A stretch of DNA of 43,213 nucleotides, taken from IMG/VR virus record IMGVR_UViG_3300009678_001574; one strand, given 5' to 3'. The notes beneath the pieces are model-generated. The model ran no database searches and was not told the origin of the DNA. It saw only the letters and a program-made list of their open reading frames with translations. Both the position numbers and the translations under genes were made by a program. Shown here piece after piece: positions 8,932 to 18,023 of the stretch. Each line of letters starts with the position of its first letter. Positions within the stretch are counted from its first letter, which is position 1. This DNA is from a virus.

Positions 8932-9833
8932 ATAAAGTATTAAGTGCGATATTAGTTTTTATAACGATACTATTATTTGGAGTATCGGCCAAGTCAGCAG
9001 AATTAAGATTTCTAAAAGAACCAATGATATATAGGGAGCCCATTGCGGCACCCAGAACTTCCAAGACCGGATTTACTATCGATACATCAAAATATCTTGG
9101 ACAGCAAATAGCATATATGGAAGGTATTATAGGCAAGAATGTCCCAATGCTTACTTTTACTCATGGCTCATTAAAACTTCAAACCGGGCTTGAGGCTGCT
9201 GCTTGGATGACTCTTGGTTATGATGATGGTGCGTTTCCTTTATTAACGCAAGATTTTATGTTTGCCTTTCCGGTTATGTTTAGGTATAACAAATTTTCTG
9301 GAGCTATAAAGTTTAATCATATATCAGCCCATTTGGGCGATGGCTTTAATGGTCTAATAGAAAAGAATTTGTCAGATAAAGAATTGGCAGAGTTTGAGCA
9401 GAAAGAAAAAGTAGTTGATGATTATGGATTAGGACTGACGCTTATAGAGCCCTTCAACTATTCAAGAGACTTCTTGTCTATGCATCTGTCTTATGAGTAT
9501 GCTGTAGAAGGATTCAATGTTAGACAATATATTCACGGCGGCTATGTACACAAGATGATTCCAGACTACTTGGGTCGTTATTTTGTTGGAAATGGATTAG
9601 AGGTGGAAAGAGAATATCACGTTGCTTCGCCTTATTATGCACAAGACATAACTCTAAACACTGATGTTAATTCAATAGACTACGCCGGCCAATTAGGATT
9701 TACTTTATTGAAAAATCAGGACAACTTATTTAATATTCGCTTTGCTTTAACAGGCTATTATGGCAGTGATCGTAGAGGGCAAATGCTAGGAAAGAAACTT
9801 CACCAATTAGGCGCAGGATTTTTTATAGAATGA
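8928..9833 (+). CDS. Secreted/outer-membrane beta-barrel protein, DUF1207-like
   Basis: N-terminal signal peptide (…AKSA/E), P.Y.EPIAAPR, HISAHLGD motif, alternating aromatic strands, C-terminal LGAGFFIE. Confidence 0.6.
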   Translation: MNKVLSAILVFITILLFGVSAKSAELRFLKEPMIYREPIAAPRTSKTGFTIDTSKYLGQQIAYMEGIIGKNVPMLTFTHGSLKLQTGLEAAAWMTLGYDDGAFPLLTQDFMFAFPVMFRYNKFSGAIKFNHISAHLGDGFNGLIEKNLSDKELAEFEQKEKVVDDYGLGLTLIEPFNYSRDFLSMHLSYEYAVEGFNVRQYIHGGYVHKMIPDYLGRYFVGNGLEVEREYHVASPYYAQDITLNTDVNSIDYAGQLGFTLLKNQDNLFNIRFALTGYYGSDRRGQMLGKKLHQLGAGFFIE

Positions 9834-10144
9834 AGCCATTAGATTTAGTTTACATTGAGAGACTAGAGGGCCCACATAAAGCGTTGGATGCCTTATTTGA
9901 TTATATTGATGACTTGTGCCGCGCCGGCAAATTTGATGTTGTTGATAGTTTTGTAGCCGAAAGTGAAGCGGAAATGGAAAATCTATCTACTCAAATATTA
10001 GTTGGTGTGTTAAGTATAACTCATCCTGCGCGGTCAAAATTATCAAAGCGTGATAGTCTAATAGATGCTTGTAGAGTTAAGTTTGTTAAGGCAGAAGGCG
10101 AGAAAAGAGCAAAAGGATTGCTCGGTGGATTTGAGGCTAAATAA
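9830..10144 (+). CDS. Hypothetical protein (104 aa)
   Basis: ATGA-coupled ORF. Confidence 0.6.
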   Translation: MKPLDLVYIERLEGPHKALDALFDYIDDLCRAGKFDVVDSFVAESEAEMENLSTQILVGVLSITHPARSKLSKRDSLIDACRVKFVKAEGEKRAKGLLGGFEAK

Positions 10145-10494
10145 TGAGAAAAGTAATTGGGCATATGACCGAATTTCCTGCCTTAAGAAACTATAGAAGA
10201 TTGTTGTTAGGTGAAATAACAGTTGAAGATTATTCTAAAACTGATAGCGAACCCATTACCACTCCTATATATGAAGATGAAATTAAAAAGTTAAATGAGA
10301 TGGGAGAATTATTGTTTCAAAAGCAGTACCTTGAAAATCTTTTAGGAACTGTTCAGACAAAAATATCTGTCCTAGAGCATGCAGCTAAAAAGAAAATAAT
10401 GGATAATTGTAAGCACGAACTATCCTACGATGGTCATGGCCATAATGAAGACCATTATACATGCCATAAGTGTGGTTATAGCGAATGGCAATAA
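10144..10494 (+). CDS. Hypothetical protein with coiled coil and C-terminal Zn-ribbon-like motif
   Basis: CKHE…YTCHKCG. Confidence 0.6.
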   Translation: MRKVIGHMTEFPALRNYRRLLLGEITVEDYSKTDSEPITTPIYEDEIKKLNEMGELLFQKQYLENLLGTVQTKISVLEHAAKKKIMDNCKHELSYDGHGHNEDHYTCHKCGYSEWQ

Positions 10495-11240
10495 TTAATG
10501 TATGTTTGGATGTTTGGGGTAAAGCCGGTGGTGCTGAAGTTGGATACTGGCGCATTGCCCAAAAATTACCACAATACGATTGGAAGTTTACCACAGACGT
10601 AGATCCAACAGCTAATCTAGTAATCTATTCAAACAATCATCGATTTTATGACGCAGCTAAAGCACTAAACATTCCCACCATTCTTCGTACAACTGGCCCT
10701 CGCTCTATAAATATGCCACAACCAGCTGACCTCAAAGCTGTTATTTGCTCTAGCAAGAAGGCTTACGAATTATCTACGCACGCAAACAAACATCTAATAT
10801 ACAATGGCGTAGATTTTAAATGGTTAGACCATGTGAAGCCCATTGAATGTGATTTGCTTTATAGTCCAGCTCGTGTGGGCGTAGGACAGCAAGTAGAAAA
10901 GGCCATTCAATATGCTCAACAAAACAATCGAAATCTGACCGTATTGGGGTCAAGACAGCACTTGGCCGAAGATACTTACGATGTACTAAAAAAGAAATAT
11001 CCTGCCGTATTTTGGACTGGGCTTTTGGATCCTAATCAGGCCCTACGTTTAATGAAAGGATGTAAAGACTATATAGTGCCCACATCGGTTCATGGTGTAT
11101 CAAATGCGGTAATAGAAGCTGTAGCTTATGGCAAGAATATTATTAATCTGGGCGGTGTAGAAGTGCCTGCCAAGGAAGATATAGATATCAATATAACGGC
11201 AGATAAATATGATAAATTGATACAAGAGGCTTTACGATAG
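10485..11240 (+). CDS. Glycosyltransferase family 4-like (GT-B)
   Basis: AGGAE, IYNGVD, FWTG, HGVSNAVIEAVAYGK (the first Glu of the usual Ex7E motif is replaced by His). Confidence 0.8.
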   Translation: MAIINVCLDVWGKAGGAEVGYWRIAQKLPQYDWKFTTDVDPTANLVIYSNNHRFYDAAKALNIPTILRTTGPRSINMPQPADLKAVICSSKKAYELSTHANKHLIYNGVDFKWLDHVKPIECDLLYSPARVGVGQQVEKAIQYAQQNNRNLTVLGSRQHLAEDTYDVLKKKYPAVFWTGLLDPNQALRLMKGCKDYIVPTSVHGVSNAVIEAVAYGKNIINLGGVEVPAKEDIDINITADKYDKLIQEALR

Positions 11241-11265
11241 CATCGAAAATCTATCAATTTTGATG
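11241..11265. promoter_or_regulatory. Imperfect inverted repeat upstream of the RHH-like gene (candidate operator or hairpin)
   Basis: CATC(G)AAAAT-ctatca-ATTTTGATG in one of the few intergenic gaps. Confidence 0.3.
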
Positions 11266-11291
11266 AGTAAGGTATGGACGTGGAGGTCTGT

Positions 11292-11522
11292 ATGGGAAAT
11301 AAACAGATGAGAGTACAAGATGCGGTGCATGAGGAAATCTCTAGACTTTCCAAGGCCTTTGGTGTAGACAAGCAGACAATACTCAATACCTCGATAGCAA
11401 TCATGAAACAAATTTTAGAAACTGGGACAGAAACTGTGGAAGTAATGGACCATGGCACGAAGAAGGTTATCCCTGTGCTATTATTATCTAAAAAGAAAGC
11501 AGGAGTATCAGATGTCAAATAA
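11292..11522 (+). CDS. Ribbon-helix-helix-like DNA-binding protein
   Basis: KQMRVQDAVHEEISRLSKAFGVDKQTIL..SI fits the strand-helix-G-helix RHH pattern. GGAGG SD at 11282 favours ATG 11292. Confidence 0.55.
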   Translation: MGNKQMRVQDAVHEEISRLSKAFGVDKQTILNTSIAIMKQILETGTETVEVMDHGTKKVIPVLLLSKKKAGVSDVK

Positions 11523-11934
11523 TGTAAAACTCAGGCCCAGGTCTTCATTTTGGTTGACACGCCTTTTAGATAAGTTTGGCGGTGGCGTTTACTGGACTAC
11601 GGTAGGCGATACTGTTTATTATCCAGATATTTATGATCTAAAAACAGCCCAATCATTTACAGAAATTATAGAACACGAACAAGTACATTTGGAGCAATAT
11701 AAGAAATATGGCACAGTTCCATTCTTATTTTTGTACGCTTTGGTTTTCTTGCCAGTAGGTCTTTCTTATTTTAGATGGAAGTTTGAGCGCGAGGCCTATT
11801 TGGTTGGAATAGTAAAACACGGCGATAGTATTGAGGAAGTGGTTAAATCACTTTACTATGGCTATGGTTATCCTTGGCCAAAAACTTTAATGCGCAGTTG
11901 GTTTGAGAAGCAATTAGCAAAAGCAAATAAATAA
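11512..11934 (+). CDS. Zincin-like HExxH metallopeptidase-domain protein with a hydrophobic segment
   Basis: IIEHEQVHLEQ and downstream FEREAY. AGGAG SD favours ATG 11512 over 11452. Confidence 0.7.
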   Translation: MSNNVKLRPRSSFWLTRLLDKFGGGVYWTTVGDTVYYPDIYDLKTAQSFTEIIEHEQVHLEQYKKYGTVPFLFLYALVFLPVGLSYFRWKFEREAYLVGIVKHGDSIEEVVKSLYYGYGYPWPKTLMRSWFEKQLAKANK

Positions 11935-12786
11935 ATGACAATCAATATAGTATGTAGTGATCCTACTTGGATATACGGGCAATTTATAGAAGAGTTTAAG
12001 AAGCACTCTGTTTTTAATATTGTTGTAAATGCCAAGAAAGGTTTTGATTTGGTTCATTATTTACCTTACTACGAAGTTCCGGCAGCACCATTTCATCCTT
12101 GTACGTCTTGGCATTCTCACCAAGAACTCACAGAGCCGCTTAAAAATAAGTTTGTTTCGTCAGCTCAAATAGTAGATTACGCCATTAGCCACAGCAAGAA
12201 ATATGCAGACCTATTAAAGGGTTTAGGTATGACTAATATAGAACAAGTTATGCCAGGGGTTGATGGTAGTAAGTATAAACAAAGGGCTATAAGAAAAGAC
12301 AAGCGGGATAAATTGGTGGTTGGGTATATTGGTCGCCAATACACTTCCACCAATCGTAAAAATCCAGGCCTTCTACAGGCGCTAGGAAGGCTTCCATTCG
12401 TCGAATTACGCTCAACTGGGGGCAAGATACCTCCTGACAAAATGCCGGCGTTCTACGCTGATTTAGACGTGGTTGTGAGCCCTGCTTTGATTGAGGGCGG
12501 CCCAATGGCCATGCTGGAAAGCCAAATGGTAGGCGTTCCCTTTATGTGCTATGATAACGTTGGTACGTCTGGTGAATTTGAGACGGGCATAATAAAAGTG
12601 CCATATAACGACGAAAAAGCTTTTACTATGGAGCTACATAAGATATGGTCTAATAAACGACACGAAGAGTGGAATACAACTAAATATATGGGTATGATGC
12701 GCGCCCAAGTAGCAGATTTTACTTGGCGCCGTTTCGTGGATAAGCACGATATAATTTGGGGAAAGATTTTTGATGCAGCTAGATAG
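11935..12786 (+). CDS. Glycosyltransferase family 4 (GT-B)
   Basis: MPGVD, VGYIGR, FYADLDVVVSPALIEGGPMAMLESQMVGVP (Ex7E). Confidence 0.88.
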   Translation: MTINIVCSDPTWIYGQFIEEFKKHSVFNIVVNAKKGFDLVHYLPYYEVPAAPFHPCTSWHSHQELTEPLKNKFVSSAQIVDYAISHSKKYADLLKGLGMTNIEQVMPGVDGSKYKQRAIRKDKRDKLVVGYIGRQYTSTNRKNPGLLQALGRLPFVELRSTGGKIPPDKMPAFYADLDVVVSPALIEGGPMAMLESQMVGVPFMCYDNVGTSGEFETGIIKVPYNDEKAFTMELHKIWSNKRHEEWNTTKYMGMMRAQVADFTWRRFVDKHDIIWGKIFDAAR

Positions 12787-13372
12787 GATAGAAAAACCTT
12801 GTACATTTTGGTACGAAGCGAAGGACGGTACAGAAGTTCCATTTGAATTAACAGAAGGCTTCCCTGAAAAAGAATGGCACGCACAACATTCTAAATCAGT
12901 TATAGTCCAGCATTCTCTTTGTTTTGGTAATCGTAAAGGTGGAGATAAGTGGCCTGTAAAAGTTGTGAAGTGGCTGCTTCATAAGATGCCCGACAGCTGG
13001 AAGAAACCAACTATTGCTTTCAGCATGGGTTCTACAATAAATTGTGGGTATCCAATTGTAAAATATTTGGTGGAGCAGCGTGGTTTTAAGTTTTATGAGG
13101 CTTGTGTAGTGGCTGGAGACTTATGTGAGCGTTGTCTTAATATTTGTTTGTGGGAAACTACAAATGAACCAATCGATCAAAGTTATCTAAAAACCGCCAA
13201 TACTACTTGTTATAATTGTAAATATATAGATGAAGCCTATTTCATCAATAGACAAATCAAAGCGGTTTATGCTACGATGAGAAGAGGCGGCGATATAGTT
13301 AAGGCTTATAAAGAAGGCTATTCAAACGATAATAAGCCAGTTATACGCAAGATGCAAAACGATATAAGATAA
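12770..13372 (+). CDS. Hypothetical Cys-rich protein
   Basis: CERC and CYNC pairs suggest Zn binding. Confidence 0.6.
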   Translation: MMQLDRIEKPCTFWYEAKDGTEVPFELTEGFPEKEWHAQHSKSVIVQHSLCFGNRKGGDKWPVKVVKWLLHKMPDSWKKPTIAFSMGSTINCGYPIVKYLVEQRGFKFYEACVVAGDLCERCLNICLWETTNEPIDQSYLKTANTTCYNCKYIDEAYFINRQIKAVYATMRRGGDIVKAYKEGYSNDNKPVIRKMQNDIR

Positions 13373-13374
13373 CC

Positions 13375-14007
13375 ATGCTAAACAAATTTAATCTCAGTCT
13401 CGACGATTTCAGCCCACATCCTAGGGCGGGGCTCGATTTCGAGTCTATAAAGTGGTGCGATAGGTTAATTGAAATTTATCCTTCCATCAAGATTAATTTA
13501 TTTGTACCATCCGCATATTGTCGTTTGGGTGAGCAGCCATATTATTTGAGTTTAAATAAAGAATGGGTAGAAAGAGTAAAGGCTTTGCCAGTAAACTACC
13601 GTATTAATTTTCATGGACATAATCATCGACGAGTGGATGGCAAAAACCCTAATTCCAATAATGATGAGTTCCAATATCTAAATGAAAATGGTGCAGAGTT
13701 ACTATTAGGCAAGATAGAGGCAGAGTTTAAAAAAGCAAATCTTTCGTATCATAAGACATTTCGTCCGCCTGGGTGGAAGATTAGCAAGGCTGCTATAAAG
13801 GTTATGACTTCAAAGGGTTATAGGATTGCTGGTAGACAAGAAGTTAATTGGGATTTATTAACTGAACCTCCAAAAGAGGGTAATGTAATAGCATATGGCC
13901 ATACTAGTAATTGGACAACTAACTTTTTGAACGAAGAACGATACAATACGATAATGAATTTTTTAAAAGACAAACAATTTGAGTTTGTATTTATAGAGGA
14001 TATGTAA
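13375..14007 (+). CDS. Polysaccharide deacetylase (CE4/NodB-like, DUF2334-type)
   Basis: LSLDDF, FHGHNH, FRPPGW, C-terminal GH. Confidence 0.8.
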   Translation: MLNKFNLSLDDFSPHPRAGLDFESIKWCDRLIEIYPSIKINLFVPSAYCRLGEQPYYLSLNKEWVERVKALPVNYRINFHGHNHRRVDGKNPNSNNDEFQYLNENGAELLLGKIEAEFKKANLSYHKTFRPPGWKISKAAIKVMTSKGYRIAGRQEVNWDLLTEPPKEGNVIAYGHTSNWTTNFLNEERYNTIMNFLKDKQFEFVFIEDM

Positions 14008-14390
14008 TGTTTGAAACACTTTTAGAAGAAGAAAAGAAAGAAGAAACATCAGACGATATATTTTGGAAGGCTATGAGTCTTGATGAGTTTATGCAATTGG
14101 GTTTGTTACAAGAAATAAATAGACGCTTTTTACATCCTATGGGCTTGGCGCTTTCTATGAGCGTCAATGAAGAAAGTGGCAAGGTAGAGGGCTTCGGGCC
14201 TGTCTGGGATATGCGACACGACACAGAAGGGATGCGCTTTACCGACAGCGTAATTTTATCAGACGAAGCCAGAGCAAAAATAAAACGAGTAGATGAGTTA
14301 TTAGAGTCCAAGAAAAAAGCACGGGAGGCTACTCTTGGTTATCATATCCAACCAGCAACATATGTAGTGCCTCCAAAGAAGGTGAAATAA
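14007..14390 (+). CDS. Hypothetical protein (127 aa)
   Basis: TAATG-coupled ORF with GAGG SD; core segment GLLQEINRRFLHPMGLAL. Confidence 0.65.
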   Translation: MFETLLEEEKKEETSDDIFWKAMSLDEFMQLGLLQEINRRFLHPMGLALSMSVNEESGKVEGFGPVWDMRHDTEGMRFTDSVILSDEARAKIKRVDELLESKKKAREATLGYHIQPATYVVPPKKVK

Positions 14391-15034
14391 TGTCATCAAT
14401 GGAAAGTAGAATAAATAAGTTGAGAGAGGCTAGTGGTAATGTAGCATTTAACGATGCTCTTACTGGCTTCTTGTATGAATTAATGCGCGACCATATGCCC
14501 GCTGGAAAGGTAGAAGAAATGGTTCATCGCGCAGCACATAATCCCGATGCTCTTTTTACCAATGGCTGGTTGGCTCAATACGCTAATAATCTTGCAGAAG
14601 AATTACGAAACGCACAAGTCAAACAATTAGCTGAAGCTCTTGAAAATGCATTAGCCTCCAATCAGGCCGAAAAGAAAGAGCCATCAGATAAGCGTCCGTC
14701 GTTCAAAATACAATCTCCGATAAAGAAACTCAAAGAAGATATACAAAAAGAAGAACAAGAAGACGAGGCCGAAGAAACAAATGATTATGGCTTGTCTTCA
14801 ATAGATCACTTGGAACGCACTGGGCAATTAGATAAGGCGCAGGCTGACAAAATTAGAAAAGAGATAGAAGAGGTAAGAAGGCAAAATCAAGAAGAAGCGC
14901 AAGGAATAGTTCATACAAGTGGTGGAGAAGCACCAACTGAACCTCCTGTTGTAACAACCAATGAAAGCGATATGATAACTTTCACAGTTGAAGATACTGG
15001 CCCAAATATGACTCTTGTGGAAGAAGAGGTTTAA
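14390..15034 (+). CDS. Hypothetical protein with acidic coiled-coil C-terminal half
   Basis: 214-aa coupled ORF; Glu-rich. Confidence 0.65.
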   Translation: MSSMESRINKLREASGNVAFNDALTGFLYELMRDHMPAGKVEEMVHRAAHNPDALFTNGWLAQYANNLAEELRNAQVKQLAEALENALASNQAEKKEPSDKRPSFKIQSPIKKLKEDIQKEEQEDEAEETNDYGLSSIDHLERTGQLDKAQADKIRKEIEEVRRQNQEEAQGIVHTSGGEAPTEPPVVTTNESDMITFTVEDTGPNMTLVEEEV

Positions 15035-15036
15035 CA

Positions 15037-15621
15037 ATGGACGGACACCCAAATCCAAAGAATAAGAAGTGGCAGGGACAATTATATAGTGAGACTAGAT
15101 ACGCAGTTATAGAATGGTTAGAGCGAGAATTGCCACATATAACAGGTGATGTGCTAAATATATCGGCGGGTAATTGGGAGGTTCCTAAAAAGTTATTAAC
15201 AAATCCGGGGCTTAAATCCTATAAGACCTTTGATCAGAAGCGATATGGTGATACTAAAAATACTGTAGATTTTGTAGGCAATGTCCATGAAATGCCTTCA
15301 GATTGGACTAATAAATGGGACTGCATAATAAATAACCAAGCTATGGAATGTTATGAGAACCCATTTAAAGCCATGGACGAAATGCATAGAATTTTAAAGC
15401 CAGGTGGTGTATTATTAATTGATGCCCCATATAATTACCGATGGTTTGGTCAGGGTTCTTGGACGGACGAGAAGCAAAATCGTAAAGATGTCAAGGACTA
15501 TTGGCGTATAACTAGACAGGGCTGGGAATTATTAACGAAGAAGTTTAAAGATAGAAGGATAGAAAGAAGTGGCCCTAATAAATATGACCCTTACACCTAT
15601 ATGGTAAAAGCCATCAAATAA
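15037..15621 (+). CDS. Class I SAM-dependent methyltransferase (type 11-like)
   Basis: VLNISAG (degenerate motif I), GNVHEMP, WDCII, AMDEMHRILKPGGVLLI. Confidence 0.8.
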   Translation: MDGHPNPKNKKWQGQLYSETRYAVIEWLERELPHITGDVLNISAGNWEVPKKLLTNPGLKSYKTFDQKRYGDTKNTVDFVGNVHEMPSDWTNKWDCIINNQAMECYENPFKAMDEMHRILKPGGVLLIDAPYNYRWFGQGSWTDEKQNRKDVKDYWRITRQGWELLTKKFKDRRIERSGPNKYDPYTYMVKAIK

Positions 15622-16331
15622 TGAAAAAATGCACGAAATGTAACAAAAATAAATCATTTGATTTGTTCTATAAGGATAGTAAGCAAAAGAGTGGTTATAG
15701 TTGTGTATGCAAGCAGTGCAAAGAACAATATAAACAAGAATATAGAGCCAAATTAAAATGTAGAAATAACATATCCATACCAAAAAGAAAAGAGTGTAAT
15801 CTTTGTGGCAAATCTAAAAGCAGCAAAGAATTTAATATTGATATGAGTAGCATTTCTGGTTTGACTAGCATATGCAGCGGATGTTCTGTTGAGAGTAGTT
15901 TAAAATACTATTATAAAAATACTGAAAAGTGTAAAGAAAATAATAGGCTGTGGCATAGAAATAACTTGGTTAAATCGGCATCACGAAAGAGAAACTGGAA
16001 AAAGAAAAATCCAGACGCTTACAAAAAAATTAAAAATAAATACACAAGAAAAAGAAGAGCTATTGGGGTAAATTTAGCAGAAGATTTTTCTGCGCATGAC
16101 GATACACTAATCAGGCAGGCTTTCAATAATATATGCTTTAATTGTGGAAGTCCAGATGATTTATGTATAGATCATCACAAGCCATTAAGTAAGGGATTTG
16201 CTCTTTCGTTAGATAACGCCGCATTATTATGTCGTTCATGTAATTCATCAAAGGGAAATAAGATGCCAGAAGAATTTTATTCCAAAGATAAATTAGAAAG
16301 TCTAAAACGTATTTACGAGGATAAATTATGA
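15621..16331 (+). CDS. Free-standing HNH endonuclease with tandem N-terminal Cys4 zinc fingers (homing-endonuclease-like)
   Basis: KKCTKC…CKQC and KECNLC…CSGC repeats; C-terminal CFNCG…IDHHKPLSKG…NAALLCRSCNSSKG. Visibly AT/Lys-rich. Confidence 0.88.
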   Translation: MKKCTKCNKNKSFDLFYKDSKQKSGYSCVCKQCKEQYKQEYRAKLKCRNNISIPKRKECNLCGKSKSSKEFNIDMSSISGLTSICSGCSVESSLKYYYKNTEKCKENNRLWHRNNLVKSASRKRNWKKKNPDAYKKIKNKYTRKRRAIGVNLAEDFSAHDDTLIRQAFNNICFNCGSPDDLCIDHHKPLSKGFALSLDNAALLCRSCNSSKGNKMPEEFYSKDKLESLKRIYEDKL

Positions 16332-16591
16332 GTTTGAAATGTGTAGTCTTTAGTGCTTCTTGGTGCAGTCCGTGTAAAATGCTCGCACCTATATTCGATA
16401 AGGTTGCGGCAAGTACACCGGATGTAGTGTTTGAAAAAGTCGATATAGACGAAAATCCTATGCGCGCCCAACAAATGGGTGTAGCTGCCGTTCCTACTAT
16501 TATAGTTGAGAAGGATGGCAAGATAGTTGATAGTCTTGTTGGATTGCAGCGTGAGGCAGCAATTCTAAACGTAATTAATAAGTGGAAATAA
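16328..16591 (+). CDS. trxA: Thioredoxin
   Basis: WCSPCK active site, KVDID, VPT cis-Pro loop. Confidence 0.92.
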   Translation: MSLKCVVFSASWCSPCKMLAPIFDKVAASTPDVVFEKVDIDENPMRAQQMGVAAVPTIIVEKDGKIVDSLVGLQREAAILNVINKWK

Positions 16592-17557
16592 ATGAAAGTA
16601 GTTATTACAGGCAGTGCAGGTTTTATAGGTTCTAATTTAGTTGATCGTTGTTTGGAACTAGGCTGGAATGTTAGAGGCATAGACAACTTTGCTACGGGCT
16701 CCAGGGATATGACTAATCCCGCTCGTCTAACAGGCAAAAGGGGTAAGTATAGTTTTGTAGAGGCTGATATAACCAATACAGAACGTATGACTGAATTGTT
16801 TGTTGGCAGGGAAGTTGTATTTCATCTAGCTGCGTTACCCAGAGTTTCCTTCTCCATAGATCATCCTATGGAGGCTGATGTTGCCAATACTCACGGAACT
16901 TTAAGTGTATTAGAAGCTGCACGTAAGGCTGGTATTAAGCGTGTAGTATTTAGTTGCTCCAGTTCTGTATACGGCGGCGTAGCACAATTCCCAACACCAG
17001 AAACTGCTCTAGCCTCACCCAAATCGCCTTATGCCCTTCATAAGCAAGCTGGCGCAGAATACTGTAGACTGTACAGTGAATTACACGGCCTTGAAACGGT
17101 CAGTCTTCTATACTTTAATGTATTCGGCCCATATCAACGCGCAGACTCAGCCTATGCAACCGTGATACCAGCCTTCTTCGACGCAGCTATGAACGGAAAA
17201 GCCTGTCGTATTGATGGCGACGGAGAACAGTCGAGAGATTTCGCTTACGTAGATAACGTTGTAGATGCTAATGTGCTCGCAGCAACTCATCAAAATAAAT
17301 TATTAGGTGATCGCTTTAATATCGCTTGTGGTGAAGATAATTCGGTTAATCAGGTAGTAGAACAAATACAAAATTTATTAGCAATTAAACTTAAAAAAGA
17401 ATTTGCTCCACCTAGACTTGGTGACCCGCGCCGTTCATTGGCGGATATAACTAAAGCAAGAGAAGTACTAGGTTATGAACCAAAAATAAAGTTTGAAGAA
17501 GGAATGTCATTAACGAGTAAGTGGTGGCTGTCAGGATGTCCCACCAAGCGAGGTTAA
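16592..17557 (+). CDS. NAD-dependent nucleotide-sugar epimerase/dehydratase (WbpP-like extended SDR)
   Basis: TGSAGFIG, FHLAA, SSSVYG, YALHK (YxxxK), YFNVFGP, RDFAYV. Confidence 0.92.
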   Translation: MKVVITGSAGFIGSNLVDRCLELGWNVRGIDNFATGSRDMTNPARLTGKRGKYSFVEADITNTERMTELFVGREVVFHLAALPRVSFSIDHPMEADVANTHGTLSVLEAARKAGIKRVVFSCSSSVYGGVAQFPTPETALASPKSPYALHKQAGAEYCRLYSELHGLETVSLLYFNVFGPYQRADSAYATVIPAFFDAAMNGKACRIDGDGEQSRDFAYVDNVVDANVLAATHQNKLLGDRFNIACGEDNSVNQVVEQIQNLLAIKLKKEFAPPRLGDPRRSLADITKAREVLGYEPKIKFEEGMSLTSKWWLSGCPTKRG

Positions 17558-17794
17558 ATGAATAAATATAGTGTAGGTCAAGCTGTATATTGGGTAAGAG
17601 AAAGTGGCGAAGTGTATGATGACTTATTTGTTATCCAAAGAGTAAGTACTGATAATCTAGGATATCACTATTCTCTTGTTAGTTCCACCGATGATATTAT
17701 AGACTGGTGTAGAGAAGAAGATGTATTTATAAATAAAAAAGATGCCGAGTTAGAAGGCCGTAAGAGAAATGCACTAGAAATAATAGGAGTTTAA
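17558..17794 (+). CDS. Hypothetical protein (78 aa)
   Basis: GAGG SD; abuts the previous stop. Confidence 0.6.
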   Translation: MNKYSVGQAVYWVRESGEVYDDLFVIQRVSTDNLGYHYSLVSSTDDIIDWCREEDVFINKKDAELEGRKRNALEIIGV

Positions 17795-17796
17795 TA

Positions 17797-18012
17797 ATGA
17801 GACGACCACAAATGGAAAAATTACTTCAAGATGGCAAGGCAACTAATAGCGGGGGATCCGATTTCTTAATAACAGTCCCAGAGAGAGATATGCCAGGCGC
17901 CTTACAAATACTAGCACATCTAAAAGCACACGGTATGATAGCATCATATGTTAGGGCTGATCCTCCAGTAGATACTAAGGGGATACAAATATTTGGTTAT
18001 GTTGGGCCATAA
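17797..18012 (+). CDS. Hypothetical protein (71 aa)
   Basis: AGGAG SD. Confidence 0.6.
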   Translation: MRRPQMEKLLQDGKATNSGGSDFLITVPERDMPGALQILAHLKAHGMIASYVRADPPVDTKGIQIFGYVGP

Positions 18013-18023
18013 GGAAATAAATT

